NCBI GenBank assembly: GCA_963580575.1
Contig: CAUZKB010000001.1
Coordinates: forward strand, 4,514-68,513
Source: Bacteroidia bacterium
GTDB taxonomy: Bacteria > Bacteroidota > Bacteroidia > Flavobacteriales > Flavobacteriaceae
DNA length: 64,000 nucleotides
Reading direction: 5' to 3'
The notes under the pieces are model-generated. The model was not told where the DNA came from. It saw only the letters and a program-made list of their open reading frames with translations, and did not search any database. Shown here piece by piece: positions 55,593 through 64,000 of this stretch (position 1 is its first letter; the number at the start of each line of letters is the position of its first letter). The translations under genes were made by a program, and so were the position numbers.

Positions 55593-58223
55593 ATGGAAAT
55601 TCCTTCAAAATTTAATTCCAATCAAATAGAAACCAGGTGGTATTCTTACTGGTTGAAAAATGAATATTTTAAGTCTGTACCTGACAAAAGACCTCCTTAT
55701 ACGATAGTTATTCCTCCTCCAAATGTTACTGGTGTTCTTCACATGGGGCATATGCTAAATAACAGTATTCAAGATATTTTAATTAGAAGATCAAGGATGA
55801 AAGGTTATAATGCATGTTGGGTTCCTGGAACAGATCATGCTTCCATAGCTACTGAAGCTAAAGTTGTTGAAAAATTAAAAGAGGAGGGAATAAATAAGCA
55901 AGATTTAACCCGTGAAGAGTTTTTAAAACATGCTTGGAGTTGGACTAATGAATATGGTGGTGTTATATTAGAACAGTTAAAAAAAATTGGATGTAGTTGT
56001 GATTGGAGTAGAACTAAATTCACTTTAGATAAGGAGATGTATGAATCAGTAATTAACGTTTTTGTTGATTTATATGATAAAGGATTAATTTACAGAGGAT
56101 ATAGAATGGTTAATTGGGATCCTGAGGCTAAAACAACATTATCTGATGAGGAAGTTATTTATGAGGAGAGAGAGGGTAAATTATTTCATGTTGCATATTC
56201 TATTCAAAATTCTAAATCAAAAATAATTATAGCAACTACTAGACCTGAAACTATATTGGGAGATACTGGCATTTGTGTAAATCCTAAAGATACAAGATAT
56301 AAAGATCTAATTGGGCAAAAAGCTATTGTTCCAATCTGTAATAGATTGGTTCCAATTATAGGTGATTCTTACGTAGACATGGAATTTGGAACGGGCTGTT
56401 TAAAAGTGACACCAGCTCATGATTTTAATGACAAGGTGCTTGGTGAGAAGCATAATTTAGAGTTTATTGATATTTTTAACTCGGATGGAACATTAAATCA
56501 TAATGGTTTAATTTATAATGGTTTAGATCGGTTTATAGCAAGAGAAAAAATATGTGAAGATTTAAATAAAAATGGAAATCTAATTAAATTTGAATCACAT
56601 AAAAATAAGGTTGGATTATCTGAAAGAACGAAATCAGTTATAGAACCAAGATTATCTGATCAATGGTTTTTAAAGATGGAAGAAATTGTAAAACCTGCAA
56701 AAGTTGCAGTTTTAGAGGATCATTCTATTACATTAATTCCTAAGAAATTTAAAAGTACATATAGGTATTGGATGCAAAATATTAGAGATTGGAATATTTC
56801 TAGACAACTATGGTGGGGGCATAGAGTTCCTGCTTATTATTATGGTGAAAATAAAGATAATTTTGTTGTTGCTCAAAATATTTCAAATGCTTTAAAAAAA
56901 GCAATAATAAAAACAGGAAATAAACAACTAAAGGAGAGTGATTTAACTCAAGATCCTGATGTACTTGATACTTGGTTTTCTTCATGGCTTTGGCCTATAT
57001 CTGTTTTTGATGGAATCAGAAATCCTGAAAATGAGGATATAAATTATTATTATCCAACTCAAGATCTTGTTACTGGACCTGACATTCTATTTTTTTGGGT
57101 TGCTAGAATGATTATTTCTGGATTTGAATTTATAGGAAAGAAACCCTTTTCTAATGTTTATTTGACAGGACTAGTTAGGGATATGAAGGGTAGAAAAATG
57201 TCTAAACAGTTAGGGAATTCACCTGATGCTTTAAATTTGATAAATAAGTATGGGGCAGATTCAGTTAGAGTTGGATTAATGCTTAGTTCTGTTGCCGGAA
57301 ATGATTTATTATTTGATGAAAATCTTTGTAAACAGGGAAAAAATTTTGCAATTAAAATATGGAATTCTTTTAGATTAATTTTTAGTTGGAAGATAAGTAA
57401 AAGTAATACTTTATCTAAAGTAGAAACTCAAGCAATTTTTTGGTATGAGAATAAATTTCAAAAAACTCTTGAAAAATTAGAAATTCAATTTATAAAATAT
57501 AGAATTTCTGAAGCTTTAATGACAATTTATAAATTGATTTGGGAAGATTTTTGTTCGTGGTTCTTGGAATTAATAAAACCAGATTATAATAAACCTGTTT
57601 CATCTAAATTAATTAAAAAAGTTCAAATTATTTTTGAAAGAAATTTAAAATTACTTCACCCTTTTATGCCATTTATTACTGAAGAATTATGGCATAGAAT
57701 TTCAACCAGAAGGCCTGATGAAGCTTTGTGTATATCGAAATGGCCTGAAATTCAAAATTATGATAATCAATCTTTAGAACATTTTCAGTTAGCCAAAGAT
57801 ATTATTGTGTCTATAAGAAAAATAAGAAAAGAAAAGGGTATAGAATCTAAAGAAAAGCTAATTCTTCAAATGAATAATGATAAAAAAGTATTAAAATTTT
57901 CAGAAAGTATAATTAAACTTGGAGGTCTTGAAAAAATTGAACGAAATATTGATAAAACTTTAAATGGGTGTTTTTTTAGAGTAAAAAAATTAGAATTTTT
58001 CATGCCATTAAAAAAATCATTAGATAATAAATTAGAAATTAAAAAAATTGAAGATGAGCTTAGTTATGCAATAGGTTTTCTTAAATCAGTCGAAAAAAAA
58101 CTTTTAAACTCAAAATTTGTTGAAAATGCTCCAAAAAAGATAATAGAAATTGAGAAAAAAAAAGCATTAGATGCGAATGAGAAAATTGCACTTTTGAGGA
58201 AAAGTTTAGATAAGTTCAATTAG
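55593..58223 (+). CDS. valS: valine--tRNA ligase
   Basis: 876-aa ORF with a HIGH-type motif (PNVTGVLHMGHML), a KMSKS-type motif (KMSKQLGN), a CP1 editing domain and a C-terminal coiled coil. Confidence 0.97.
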   Translation: MEIPSKFNSNQIETRWYSYWLKNEYFKSVPDKRPPYTIVIPPPNVTGVLHMGHMLNNSIQDILIRRSRMKGYNACWVPGTDHASIATEAKVVEKLKEEGINKQDLTREEFLKHAWSWTNEYGGVILEQLKKIGCSCDWSRTKFTLDKEMYESVINVFVDLYDKGLIYRGYRMVNWDPEAKTTLSDEEVIYEEREGKLFHVAYSIQNSKSKIIIATTRPETILGDTGICVNPKDTRYKDLIGQKAIVPICNRLVPIIGDSYVDMEFGTGCLKVTPAHDFNDKVLGEKHNLEFIDIFNSDGTLNHNGLIYNGLDRFIAREKICEDLNKNGNLIKFESHKNKVGLSERTKSVIEPRLSDQWFLKMEEIVKPAKVAVLEDHSITLIPKKFKSTYRYWMQNIRDWNISRQLWWGHRVPAYYYGENKDNFVVAQNISNALKKAIIKTGNKQLKESDLTQDPDVLDTWFSSWLWPISVFDGIRNPENEDINYYYPTQDLVTGPDILFFWVARMIISGFEFIGKKPFSNVYLTGLVRDMKGRKMSKQLGNSPDALNLINKYGADSVRVGLMLSSVAGNDLLFDENLCKQGKNFAIKIWNSFRLIFSWKISKSNTLSKVETQAIFWYENKFQKTLEKLEIQFIKYRISEALMTIYKLIWEDFCSWFLELIKPDYNKPVSSKLIKKVQIIFERNLKLLHPFMPFITEELWHRISTRRPDEALCISKWPEIQNYDNQSLEHFQLAKDIIVSIRKIRKEKGIESKEKLILQMNNDKKVLKFSESIIKLGGLEKIERNIDKTLNGCFFRVKKLEFFMPLKKSLDNKLEIKKIEDELSYAIGFLKSVEKKLLNSKFVENAPKKIIEIEKKKALDANEKIALLRKSLDKFN

Positions 58224-58872
58224 TAATTTCAGCAATTGAATCTATTCCTCCTTTTACATGATCATTTAATTTTACATTTAATTTAGTATTAAGTGGTAAG
58301 AAAAGATCTACCCTTGAACCAAATTTTATAAATCCTGCATCATCTCCCTGGACAACTTCTTTACCTATTTTAGCATAATTTATTATTCTTCTAGCCAATG
58401 CACCAGCAATTTGACGATACAGAATTTTACCAAAAGTTTTATTTTTAATAACTACGGTAGTCCTTTCATTTTTTACAGAAGATTTTGGATGCCATGCTAC
58501 AAGATATTTTCCACGATGATACTTGCTAAAAATAATTTTTCCACTTAGGGCGTATCTTGTTACGTGAACATTTATAGGAGACATGAAAATTGAAATTTGT
58601 AATTTTTTTTCTTTAAAATATTCTTTTTCAAATACTTCATTTATCATAACAATTTTCCCATCAACTGGAGCTATAATTTTTTTTTGATTGATTTTAGTTT
58701 TTCTGACAGGATTTCTAAAGAATTGTAAAATTATTATTAATAGAAATAGAACACTAATTTGTAAAATAATTTTAAGGGTAAAATTGAAAATAATATTTTC
58801 AAATAAAATTGTAAGAATTGATGATAAAATAAAGCTTATAATAATTATTTTATATCCCTCTTTATGAAACAT
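58216..58872 (-). CDS. psd: phosphatidylserine decarboxylase proenzyme
   Basis: 218-aa ORF with an N-terminal TM region and the self-cleavage region FIKFGSRVD (the GS of the LGST-type motif). It overlaps the valS 3' end by 8 nt. Confidence 0.9.
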   Translation of the reverse strand: MFHKEGYKIIIISFILSSILTILFENIIFNFTLKIILQISVLFLLIIILQFFRNPVRKTKINQKKIIAPVDGKIVMINEVFEKEYFKEKKLQISIFMSPINVHVTRYALSGKIIFSKYHRGKYLVAWHPKSSVKNERTTVVIKNKTFGKILYRQIAGALARRIINYAKIGKEVVQGDDAGFIKFGSRVDLFLPLNTKLNVKLNDHVKGGIDSIAEITN

Positions 58873-59665
58873 TTTTTAAAATTTTTAATGAGATATAAAA
58901 AAATGGGGCAGAAAAAATAACACTATCCATTCTATCGAAAAAACCACCATGTCCAGGTATTAGTGATCCACTATCTTTAATTTTCACCCTTCTTTTAAAT
59001 TTTGATTGAATTAAATCACCAATTGTTGCAAGTATAGGTAATATAATACCTAAAGAAATGAAAATCCATAATTCAAAATTTGTTTGCAAACTATGGTAAA
59101 AGACACTTCCAAGAATAGAAAACAACAGGCCTCCCCAGAAACCTTCCCATGTTTTTTTTGGAGAGATGTTTTTATAAAGAAGATTTTTTCCCCATTTTTT
59201 CCCAATAAAATATGCAAAAGAATTATTTATCCAAATTATGCTGAAAAAGTATATAGTAATCCAATAAGAAAAGTCATAAGATATTTTTTGAGTAGCAATG
59301 ATAAAATAACTTGACCCAGATATATATAGTATTGGTAACAGTAATTTGTGATAGATATTTATTGGATTAAATTTATTAAGATAAAGGTCGTATATCAAAT
59401 AACTATTAGTCAATAGAACAATAATAAGTAGTAAATTTTCAATTTTATAGTTGAAATTACCTAGGTAAAAGTTAATGAAAATAATTAGCAGAAATATAGC
59501 AGGAAAAGGATTTAAAAAACTTAAGACTCTTTGAAATTCAATTAAAGCTAATAAAGTAAAAATTAAAATTATAAGAGTAAAAAAAAACTCTGATATTATT
59601 AAAGAAAAAATAATAAGGAAAGCATATATTATACCAGATAAACTTCTTGTTAAAAACTCTTTCAT
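58862..59665 (-). CDS. cdsA: phosphatidate cytidylyltransferase
   Basis: 267-aa polytopic ORF with the signature SKFKRRVKIKDSGSLIPGHGGFFDRMDS. Confidence 0.9.
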   Translation of the reverse strand: MKEFLTRSLSGIIYAFLIIFSLIISEFFFTLIILIFTLLALIEFQRVLSFLNPFPAIFLLIIFINFYLGNFNYKIENLLLIIVLLTNSYLIYDLYLNKFNPINIYHKLLLPILYISGSSYFIIATQKISYDFSYWITIYFFSIIWINNSFAYFIGKKWGKNLLYKNISPKKTWEGFWGGLLFSILGSVFYHSLQTNFELWIFISLGIILPILATIGDLIQSKFKRRVKIKDSGSLIPGHGGFFDRMDSVIFSAPFFYISLKILKNVS

Positions 59666-59670
59666 CTATA

Positions 59671-60261
59671 CTAAAAATCTTGTAGTAGTAAATATATGTT
59701 TTTTGAATTATTTATATCTGAATTTAATTCACTGTCTTTATTTAGGTTGTTTTTTATATTTATTGTGGTAATATTTGTTGGTATTATATTTTCATATTTA
59801 TTCTTAAGAAGAGTCATTCCTTCACTTACATCTGAAGCGAATTGTTTAGTGTTTGATATTATAATTAGTGTTTCTGGTAATTCTTTTAATTTATATTGTT
59901 TTATTTGTTTATCACTCACTAAAATTAAACCAGTGTTACTTATAAGAAATTCACACTGAATTAAGCATGTTTTAAATTTTTCAGGAGAGATGTCATGCTC
60001 AATTGTTTTAATATTATATTTATTGATTAAGTCTGAATTAAAACAAAAAGTTTCGTTTATATTCCAATTATTTTCTTTTAATATTTCATTAAAATTTGTT
60101 AGTGTTTCAGATTTATTTTCACAAAAGAGAAATCTACCACCTTTAATAGTAAATTTTTTAACAAAAGAGAGATCATTGGGATCTTTGGATTCAGGTAAAT
60201 ATTTACTTTTTTCAGTTTTCTTTTTATTTTTTTTTCCAAAAAATTTCTCCCAAAAACTCAC
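59671..60261 (-). CDS. LUD-domain (LutC/YkgG-like) protein
   Basis: 196-aa ORF between ftsH and cdsA. The segments CEFLISNTGLILVS and LIIIS resemble the LUD domain. The assignment is from memory. Confidence 0.6.
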   Translation of the reverse strand: MSFWEKFFGKKNKKKTEKSKYLPESKDPNDLSFVKKFTIKGGRFLFCENKSETLTNFNEILKENNWNINETFCFNSDLINKYNIKTIEHDISPEKFKTCLIQCEFLISNTGLILVSDKQIKQYKLKELPETLIIISNTKQFASDVSEGMTLLKNKYENIIPTNITTINIKNNLNKDSELNSDINNSKNIYLLLQDF

Positions 60262-60271
60262 ATTAAAAATT

Positions 60272-62233
60272 TTAAATTTTTTTAGATTTTTTTAATTTTT
60301 CTTCTTCAATTTTTTCTTGATTTGTTTTAAAGAGTCTTTTACCTAAAATATTTTCCAAGTCATCTTTAAAAATTACTTCTTTTTCAAGAAGTCTGTTTGC
60401 TAGCTTAATAAGTTTACTTTTTGAAGATTTTAATAATTTTAAAGCTCTTTTATATTGATTTTCAATAATTAATGAGATTTCTTTATCAATAATTTTTGCT
60501 GTTTCTTCAGAATATGGTTTCGTAAAAATATAGTCACTTTGACCAGTTGAATCGTAGTATGTAATGTTCCCTAATTCATCGTTTAAGCCATAAACTGAAA
60601 CCATTGCTCTAGCCGATCTAGTTACTTTTTCAAGATCACTTAAGGCTCCGGTAGATATTTTATTAAAGATTATTTTTTCTGCTGCTCTCCCAGCTAATGC
60701 AGCACACATTTCATCTAGTAATTGTTCTGTTCTTACTATTTGTCTTTCTTCTGGCAGATACCAAGCAGCACCTAGAGATTGTCCTCTTGGAACTATTGTT
60801 ACTTTTACTAGAGGAGCTGCATGTTCAAGAAGCCAACTAATAGTAGCATGCCCAGCTTCGTGATAGGCTATTGTTTTTTTCTCTTCTGGTGTAATTATTT
60901 TATTCTTTTTTTCAAGACCACCGACAATTCTATCAACAGCATCTAAAAAATCTTGTTTACCAACAGATTTTCTGTTTTTTCTTGCTGCAATTAAAGCAGC
61001 TTCATTACATACATTTGCAATATCTGCTCCAGAAAATCCTGGAGTTTGTTTTGATAGAAAATCAATATCTAGGATTTTTGAAGTTTTTAAAGGTTTCAAG
61101 TGTACTTTAAAAATTTCTTTTCTCTCAATTAAATCAGGTAGATCAACATATATTTGTCTATCAAATCTACCTGCTCTCATTAAAGCTTTGTCTAGAACAT
61201 CAGCTCTATTTGTTGCAGCAATAACAATAACATTTGTATTGGTCCCAAAACCATCCATTTCTGTAAGAAGTTGATTAAGAGTATTTTCTCTTTCATCATT
61301 TGAACCTGTAAAATTGTTTTTTCCACGAGTTCTTCCAATTGCATCAATTTCATCAATAAAAATTATTGCTGGAGATTTATCTTTAGCTTGCTTGAAAAGA
61401 TCTCTTACTCTTGAGGCCCCAACTCCAACAAACATTTCAACAAAATCTGAACCAGATAGTGAGAAGAAAGGAACTTTCGCTTCTCCAGCTACAGCCTTTG
61501 CCAAAAGTGTTTTTCCTGTACCTGGTTGTCCTATTAGAAGCGCTCCTTTTGGAATTTTTCCACCTAGAACAGTATATTTTTTAGGATTTTTTAGAAAATC
61601 AACTATTTCTTGAACTTCCTCTTTAGCTTCTTTTAAACCAGCAACATCTTTGAAAGTAATCTTTACCTCTGTATTCTGATCAAACAATTTAGCTTTAGAT
61701 TTTCCTATATTAAAAATTTGACTACCAGCTCCTCCTCCAGCTCCACCAGACATTCTTCGCATAATAAAAATCCACACTCCAATAATTATAATAATTGGCA
61801 AAAAACCAAGGATTACATCTAGCCATCGATTTTCGACAGTTATAAACTCGAGCCTAAAAGGAATACCTTTTGATCTGGCTTTTTCCAATTTTTCTTCAAA
61901 AAGCTCTAGACTTCCAACTTCGAACTGATAGTGAGGACCAGATATATTTTCTTTACCAAATATATTCCTAGATTTTGTAATTTGATGTTCGGATTTATTT
62001 AATGCATCTGGATTTAATGTAACTCTAACACTGCTTTTATTTCTTATAATAACCACTTCACTAATATCACCGTCGTTTAAATATTTTTCAAAATTTGATA
62101 CATTTATTTTATTAACTGTTGACCAGTTTTCTTCACCACCGAAAAGACTTATTCCCAATAGAATTGCTATCACTAGACCATAAAACCAGTACATATTAAA
62201 TTTCGATATGGATGGTTTATTTTCTTTTTTCAT
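60272..62233 (-). CDS. ftsH: ATP-dependent zinc metalloprotease FtsH
   Basis: 653-aa ORF with two TM segments, the AAA+ Walker A motif GQPGTGKT, Walker B motif IIFIDEIDA, the SRH, and the zinc motif HEAGHA. Confidence 0.97.
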   Translation of the reverse strand: MKKENKPSISKFNMYWFYGLVIAILLGISLFGGEENWSTVNKINVSNFEKYLNDGDISEVVIIRNKSSVRVTLNPDALNKSEHQITKSRNIFGKENISGPHYQFEVGSLELFEEKLEKARSKGIPFRLEFITVENRWLDVILGFLPIIIIIGVWIFIMRRMSGGAGGGAGSQIFNIGKSKAKLFDQNTEVKITFKDVAGLKEAKEEVQEIVDFLKNPKKYTVLGGKIPKGALLIGQPGTGKTLLAKAVAGEAKVPFFSLSGSDFVEMFVGVGASRVRDLFKQAKDKSPAIIFIDEIDAIGRTRGKNNFTGSNDERENTLNQLLTEMDGFGTNTNVIVIAATNRADVLDKALMRAGRFDRQIYVDLPDLIERKEIFKVHLKPLKTSKILDIDFLSKQTPGFSGADIANVCNEAALIAARKNRKSVGKQDFLDAVDRIVGGLEKKNKIITPEEKKTIAYHEAGHATISWLLEHAAPLVKVTIVPRGQSLGAAWYLPEERQIVRTEQLLDEMCAALAGRAAEKIIFNKISTGALSDLEKVTRSARAMVSVYGLNDELGNITYYDSTGQSDYIFTKPYSEETAKIIDKEISLIIENQYKRALKLLKSSKSKLIKLANRLLEKEVIFKDDLENILGKRLFKTNQEKIEEEKLKKSKKI

Positions 62234-62239
62234 AATTTA

Positions 62240-62611
62240 TTAATAATTCGAAGTAATTTTAGTTAGTTTGGCATCTCCCCAGAGTTCTTCGATATTATAA
62301 AATTCTCTAATTTCTCTTTGAAAAACGTGAACAACTATGTTAATATAATCAATTAATACCCATTTAGCGTTTTCAAGACCCTCAATATGAAGAGGTTTCT
62401 TTAATAATGATTTACTTACATTTTTTTTTATTTTATTTACGATTGCATTTACTTGAGTGTTTGAAGATCCATTGCAAATTATGAAGTAGTCACAAGGGCT
62501 ATTTTCAATTTTTTTCAAATTTAGTAATAATATTTCTTCTCCTTTAATGTTTTCTATACACTTAATAATTTCAGTAATCAATTCATCAGCATTATCTTTT
62601 TTATTCGACAT
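62240..62611 (-). CDS. rsfS: ribosome silencing factor
   Basis: 123-aa ORF with DYFIICNGSSNTQV and WVLIDYINIVVHVF, typical of RsfS/IojAP. Confidence 0.9.
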   Translation of the reverse strand: MSNKKDNADELITEIIKCIENIKGEEILLLNLKKIENSPCDYFIICNGSSNTQVNAIVNKIKKNVSKSLLKKPLHIEGLENAKWVLIDYINIVVHVFQREIREFYNIEELWGDAKLTKITSNY

Positions 62612-62631
62612 TTAAATAAACTATTTTTATA

Positions 62632-62639
62632 CAAATTTA
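62632..62639 (-). promoter_or_regulatory. Bacteroidota-type -7 box (TAAATTTG on the minus strand) for the rsfS-ftsH operon
   Basis: Exact TAnnTTTG match, 20 nt upstream of the ATG at 62611. Confidence 0.4.
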
Positions 62640-62667
62640 TCACTTTATTATTTTTTACAGCTTATTA

Positions 62668-63408
62668 ATGTCCTATTTTAATATAATCAAACTTAATGCC
62701 ATATCATCAACAAATGATTTTTTAAAACAAAAACATATATCAGCTAAATGTAAAGATGGCGATATTATTTGGTCAATAAACCAAACAGAGGGAAAAGGTC
62801 AAAGAAAAAATAAATGGTTATCTGAAAAAGGAAAAAGTCTGACTTTCAGTATTTATAAGCAGTTTGATCAATTAATATTTACTAATTCTTTTGTTTTAAG
62901 TTCTTGCGTATCACTTTCTATAGTAAAAACATTAAAAAAAATAGGGTTAAAAAAAGTTCATATTAAATGGCCAAACGACATTTTGGCAGGAAACAAAAAA
63001 ATAGGAGGAATTTTAATTGAAAATATAGTTAAAGCAAATTATATTAAATCCTCTATTATTGGAATTGGTTTAAATATTAATGAGGAAAAATTCAATGAAC
63101 TTCCTAACGCTACGTCAGTTTTTCTAGAGTTAAAGAAAAAATTTGAATTAGATATGATATTAGATATTTTAATTAATGAATTATTTAAATCTTTTAAAGA
63201 ATTAAATAATGAAGAAAATAAAATTATAAATTCATTTTCATCTTTTTTATGGAAAAAAAATGACTATGCTTCATTCAAAAACAAAAACAACTATTTTAGA
63301 GCTAAATTAAAAGGTGTTAAAATTTCTGGAAATTTAATTTTAGAATTTGATAATGGTTCAATTTCTGAGTTTAATAGTAATGAGATAACAATGAATTACA
63401 ATGATTAG
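62668..63408 (+). CDS. birA: biotin--[acetyl-CoA-carboxylase] ligase (no N-terminal HTH)
   Basis: 246-aa ORF with GKGQRKNKW (the GRGRxGRxW-type motif) and KWPNDIL...KIGGILIE. Confidence 0.85.
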   Translation: MSYFNIIKLNAISSTNDFLKQKHISAKCKDGDIIWSINQTEGKGQRKNKWLSEKGKSLTFSIYKQFDQLIFTNSFVLSSCVSLSIVKTLKKIGLKKVHIKWPNDILAGNKKIGGILIENIVKANYIKSSIIGIGLNINEEKFNELPNATSVFLELKKKFELDMILDILINELFKSFKELNNEENKIINSFSSFLWKKNDYASFKNKNNYFRAKLKGVKISGNLILEFDNGSISEFNSNEITMNYND

Positions 63409-63409
63409 A

Positions 63410-64000
63410 TCACCATTGGTCAGGATTTTTTCTCCATTTTATCAATGATTCCATATCACTTTTAGAAATTAAATTATTATCAATAGCAACTTTTAATAAA
63501 TTATTATAATCACAAAGCGTTTTTAATTCTAAATTCAAATTTTTAAAGTTTTGTTTAGAAATCTCAAATCCGTACGTAAAAAGGGCCATCATAAAAATTA
63601 CTTTAGCTCCAGTATTTTTTATTGTGTTAACAGCATCTATACTACTTTTTCCAGTACTTATTAGGTCTTCAATTACAACAACTTTTTCATTTTTTTTAAG
63701 AACTCCTTCTATTTGATTTTGTCTTCCATGTTTTTTTGGCTCAGGTCTTACATAAATAAAAGGTGAGTTTAATTTATCAGCAACTAACATTCCGATTCCA
63801 ATAGCTCCTGTAGCTACTCCGGCTATAATAAAGTTACTATCAGTTTTTTTTTTAATTTCTTCAGCAATAGAATTAGCCAAAAAGTCTCTGATTTCAGGAT
63901 AAGATAAACAAATTCTGTTATCACAGTATATTGGAGAGTTCCATCCACTAGACCATTTAAAGGGATTTTTTGGATTTAATTTAATTGCTTTAATTTGTAA
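63410..64000 (-). CDS. pyrE: orotate phosphoribosyltransferase (5' end lies outside the window)
   Basis: Contains the PRPP-binding motif VVVIEDLISTGKSS. The frame stays open beyond the listed Met at 63880 (…KWSSGWNSPIYCDNRICLSYPEIRDFLANS…) to the window edge. Confidence 0.9.
   Translation of the reverse strand, partial: LQIKAIKLNPKNPFKWSSGWNSPIYCDNRICLSYPEIRDFLANSIAEEIKKKTDSNFIIAGVATGAIGIGMLVADKLNSPFIYVRPEPKKHGRQNQIEGVLKKNEKVVVIEDLISTGKSSIDAVNTIKNTGAKVIFMMALFTYGFEISKQNFKNLNLELKTLCDYNNLLKVAIDNNLISKSDMESLIKWRKNPDQW

Noticed and set aside
1-64000. CRISPR arrays, IS elements, rRNA genes, prophage or defence-system genes.
   Set aside because: - I saw no regularly spaced repeats.
- I saw no transposase, integrase, nuclease-helicase or toxin-antitoxin-like ORFs.
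- I saw no rRNA-like sequence.
- Essentially all sequence is accounted for by housekeeping genes, short promoter spacers and the two pseudogenes.

Overview
This is a very AT-rich, tightly packed window of about 65 genes with almost no spacers. By gene content and promoter style it looks like core chromosome of a streamlined marine Flavobacteriia-type (Bacteroidota) genome. Supporting signs are TAnnTTTG -7 boxes, a GldA-like remnant, a possible T9SS plug-like protein, and Na+-NQR together with a membrane pyrophosphatase.

The content is housekeeping:
- Cofactors and cell envelope: lpxK, lipA, ruvC, hemW, tRNA-Leu(TAG), waaA, fabD, folA, thyA, pdhB, hppA.
- Methionine/SAM: a metK-metY-metX operon.
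- Aromatic amino acids: a pheA-aminotransferase-tyrA-DAHP synthase/chorismate mutase operon.
- Respiration: nqrABCDEF followed by apbE.
- Other core genes: map, gpmI, rsgA, dtd, murB, valS, psd, cdsA, ftsH, rsfS, birA, pyrE.

I found no CRISPR array, IS element, integrase, prophage or recognisable defence system, and no convincing novel multi-gene system.

The items most worth a second look are:
1. A promoter, a 20-codon Phe/Tyr-rich leader ORF and a canonical intrinsic terminator placed directly in front of pheA. Together these look like a transcription attenuator.
2. A structured metK leader with mutually exclusive helices, one of which occludes the start region. It is a candidate SAM riboswitch of unresolved class and also contains a Cys-Cys mini-ORF.
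3. Two multiply disrupted pseudogenes, which are the only ORF-free stretches in the window. One is an MGMT-family-like gene whose two conserved Trp positions both read TGA. The other is a GldA-like ABC ATPase with TGA at the Walker-A glycine.
4. An NqrM-like Cys-rich mini-protein located far from the nqr operon, next to an ECF sigma gene that overlaps an Nramp transporter gene.

All homology calls come from reading motifs by eye. No searches or computations were run.
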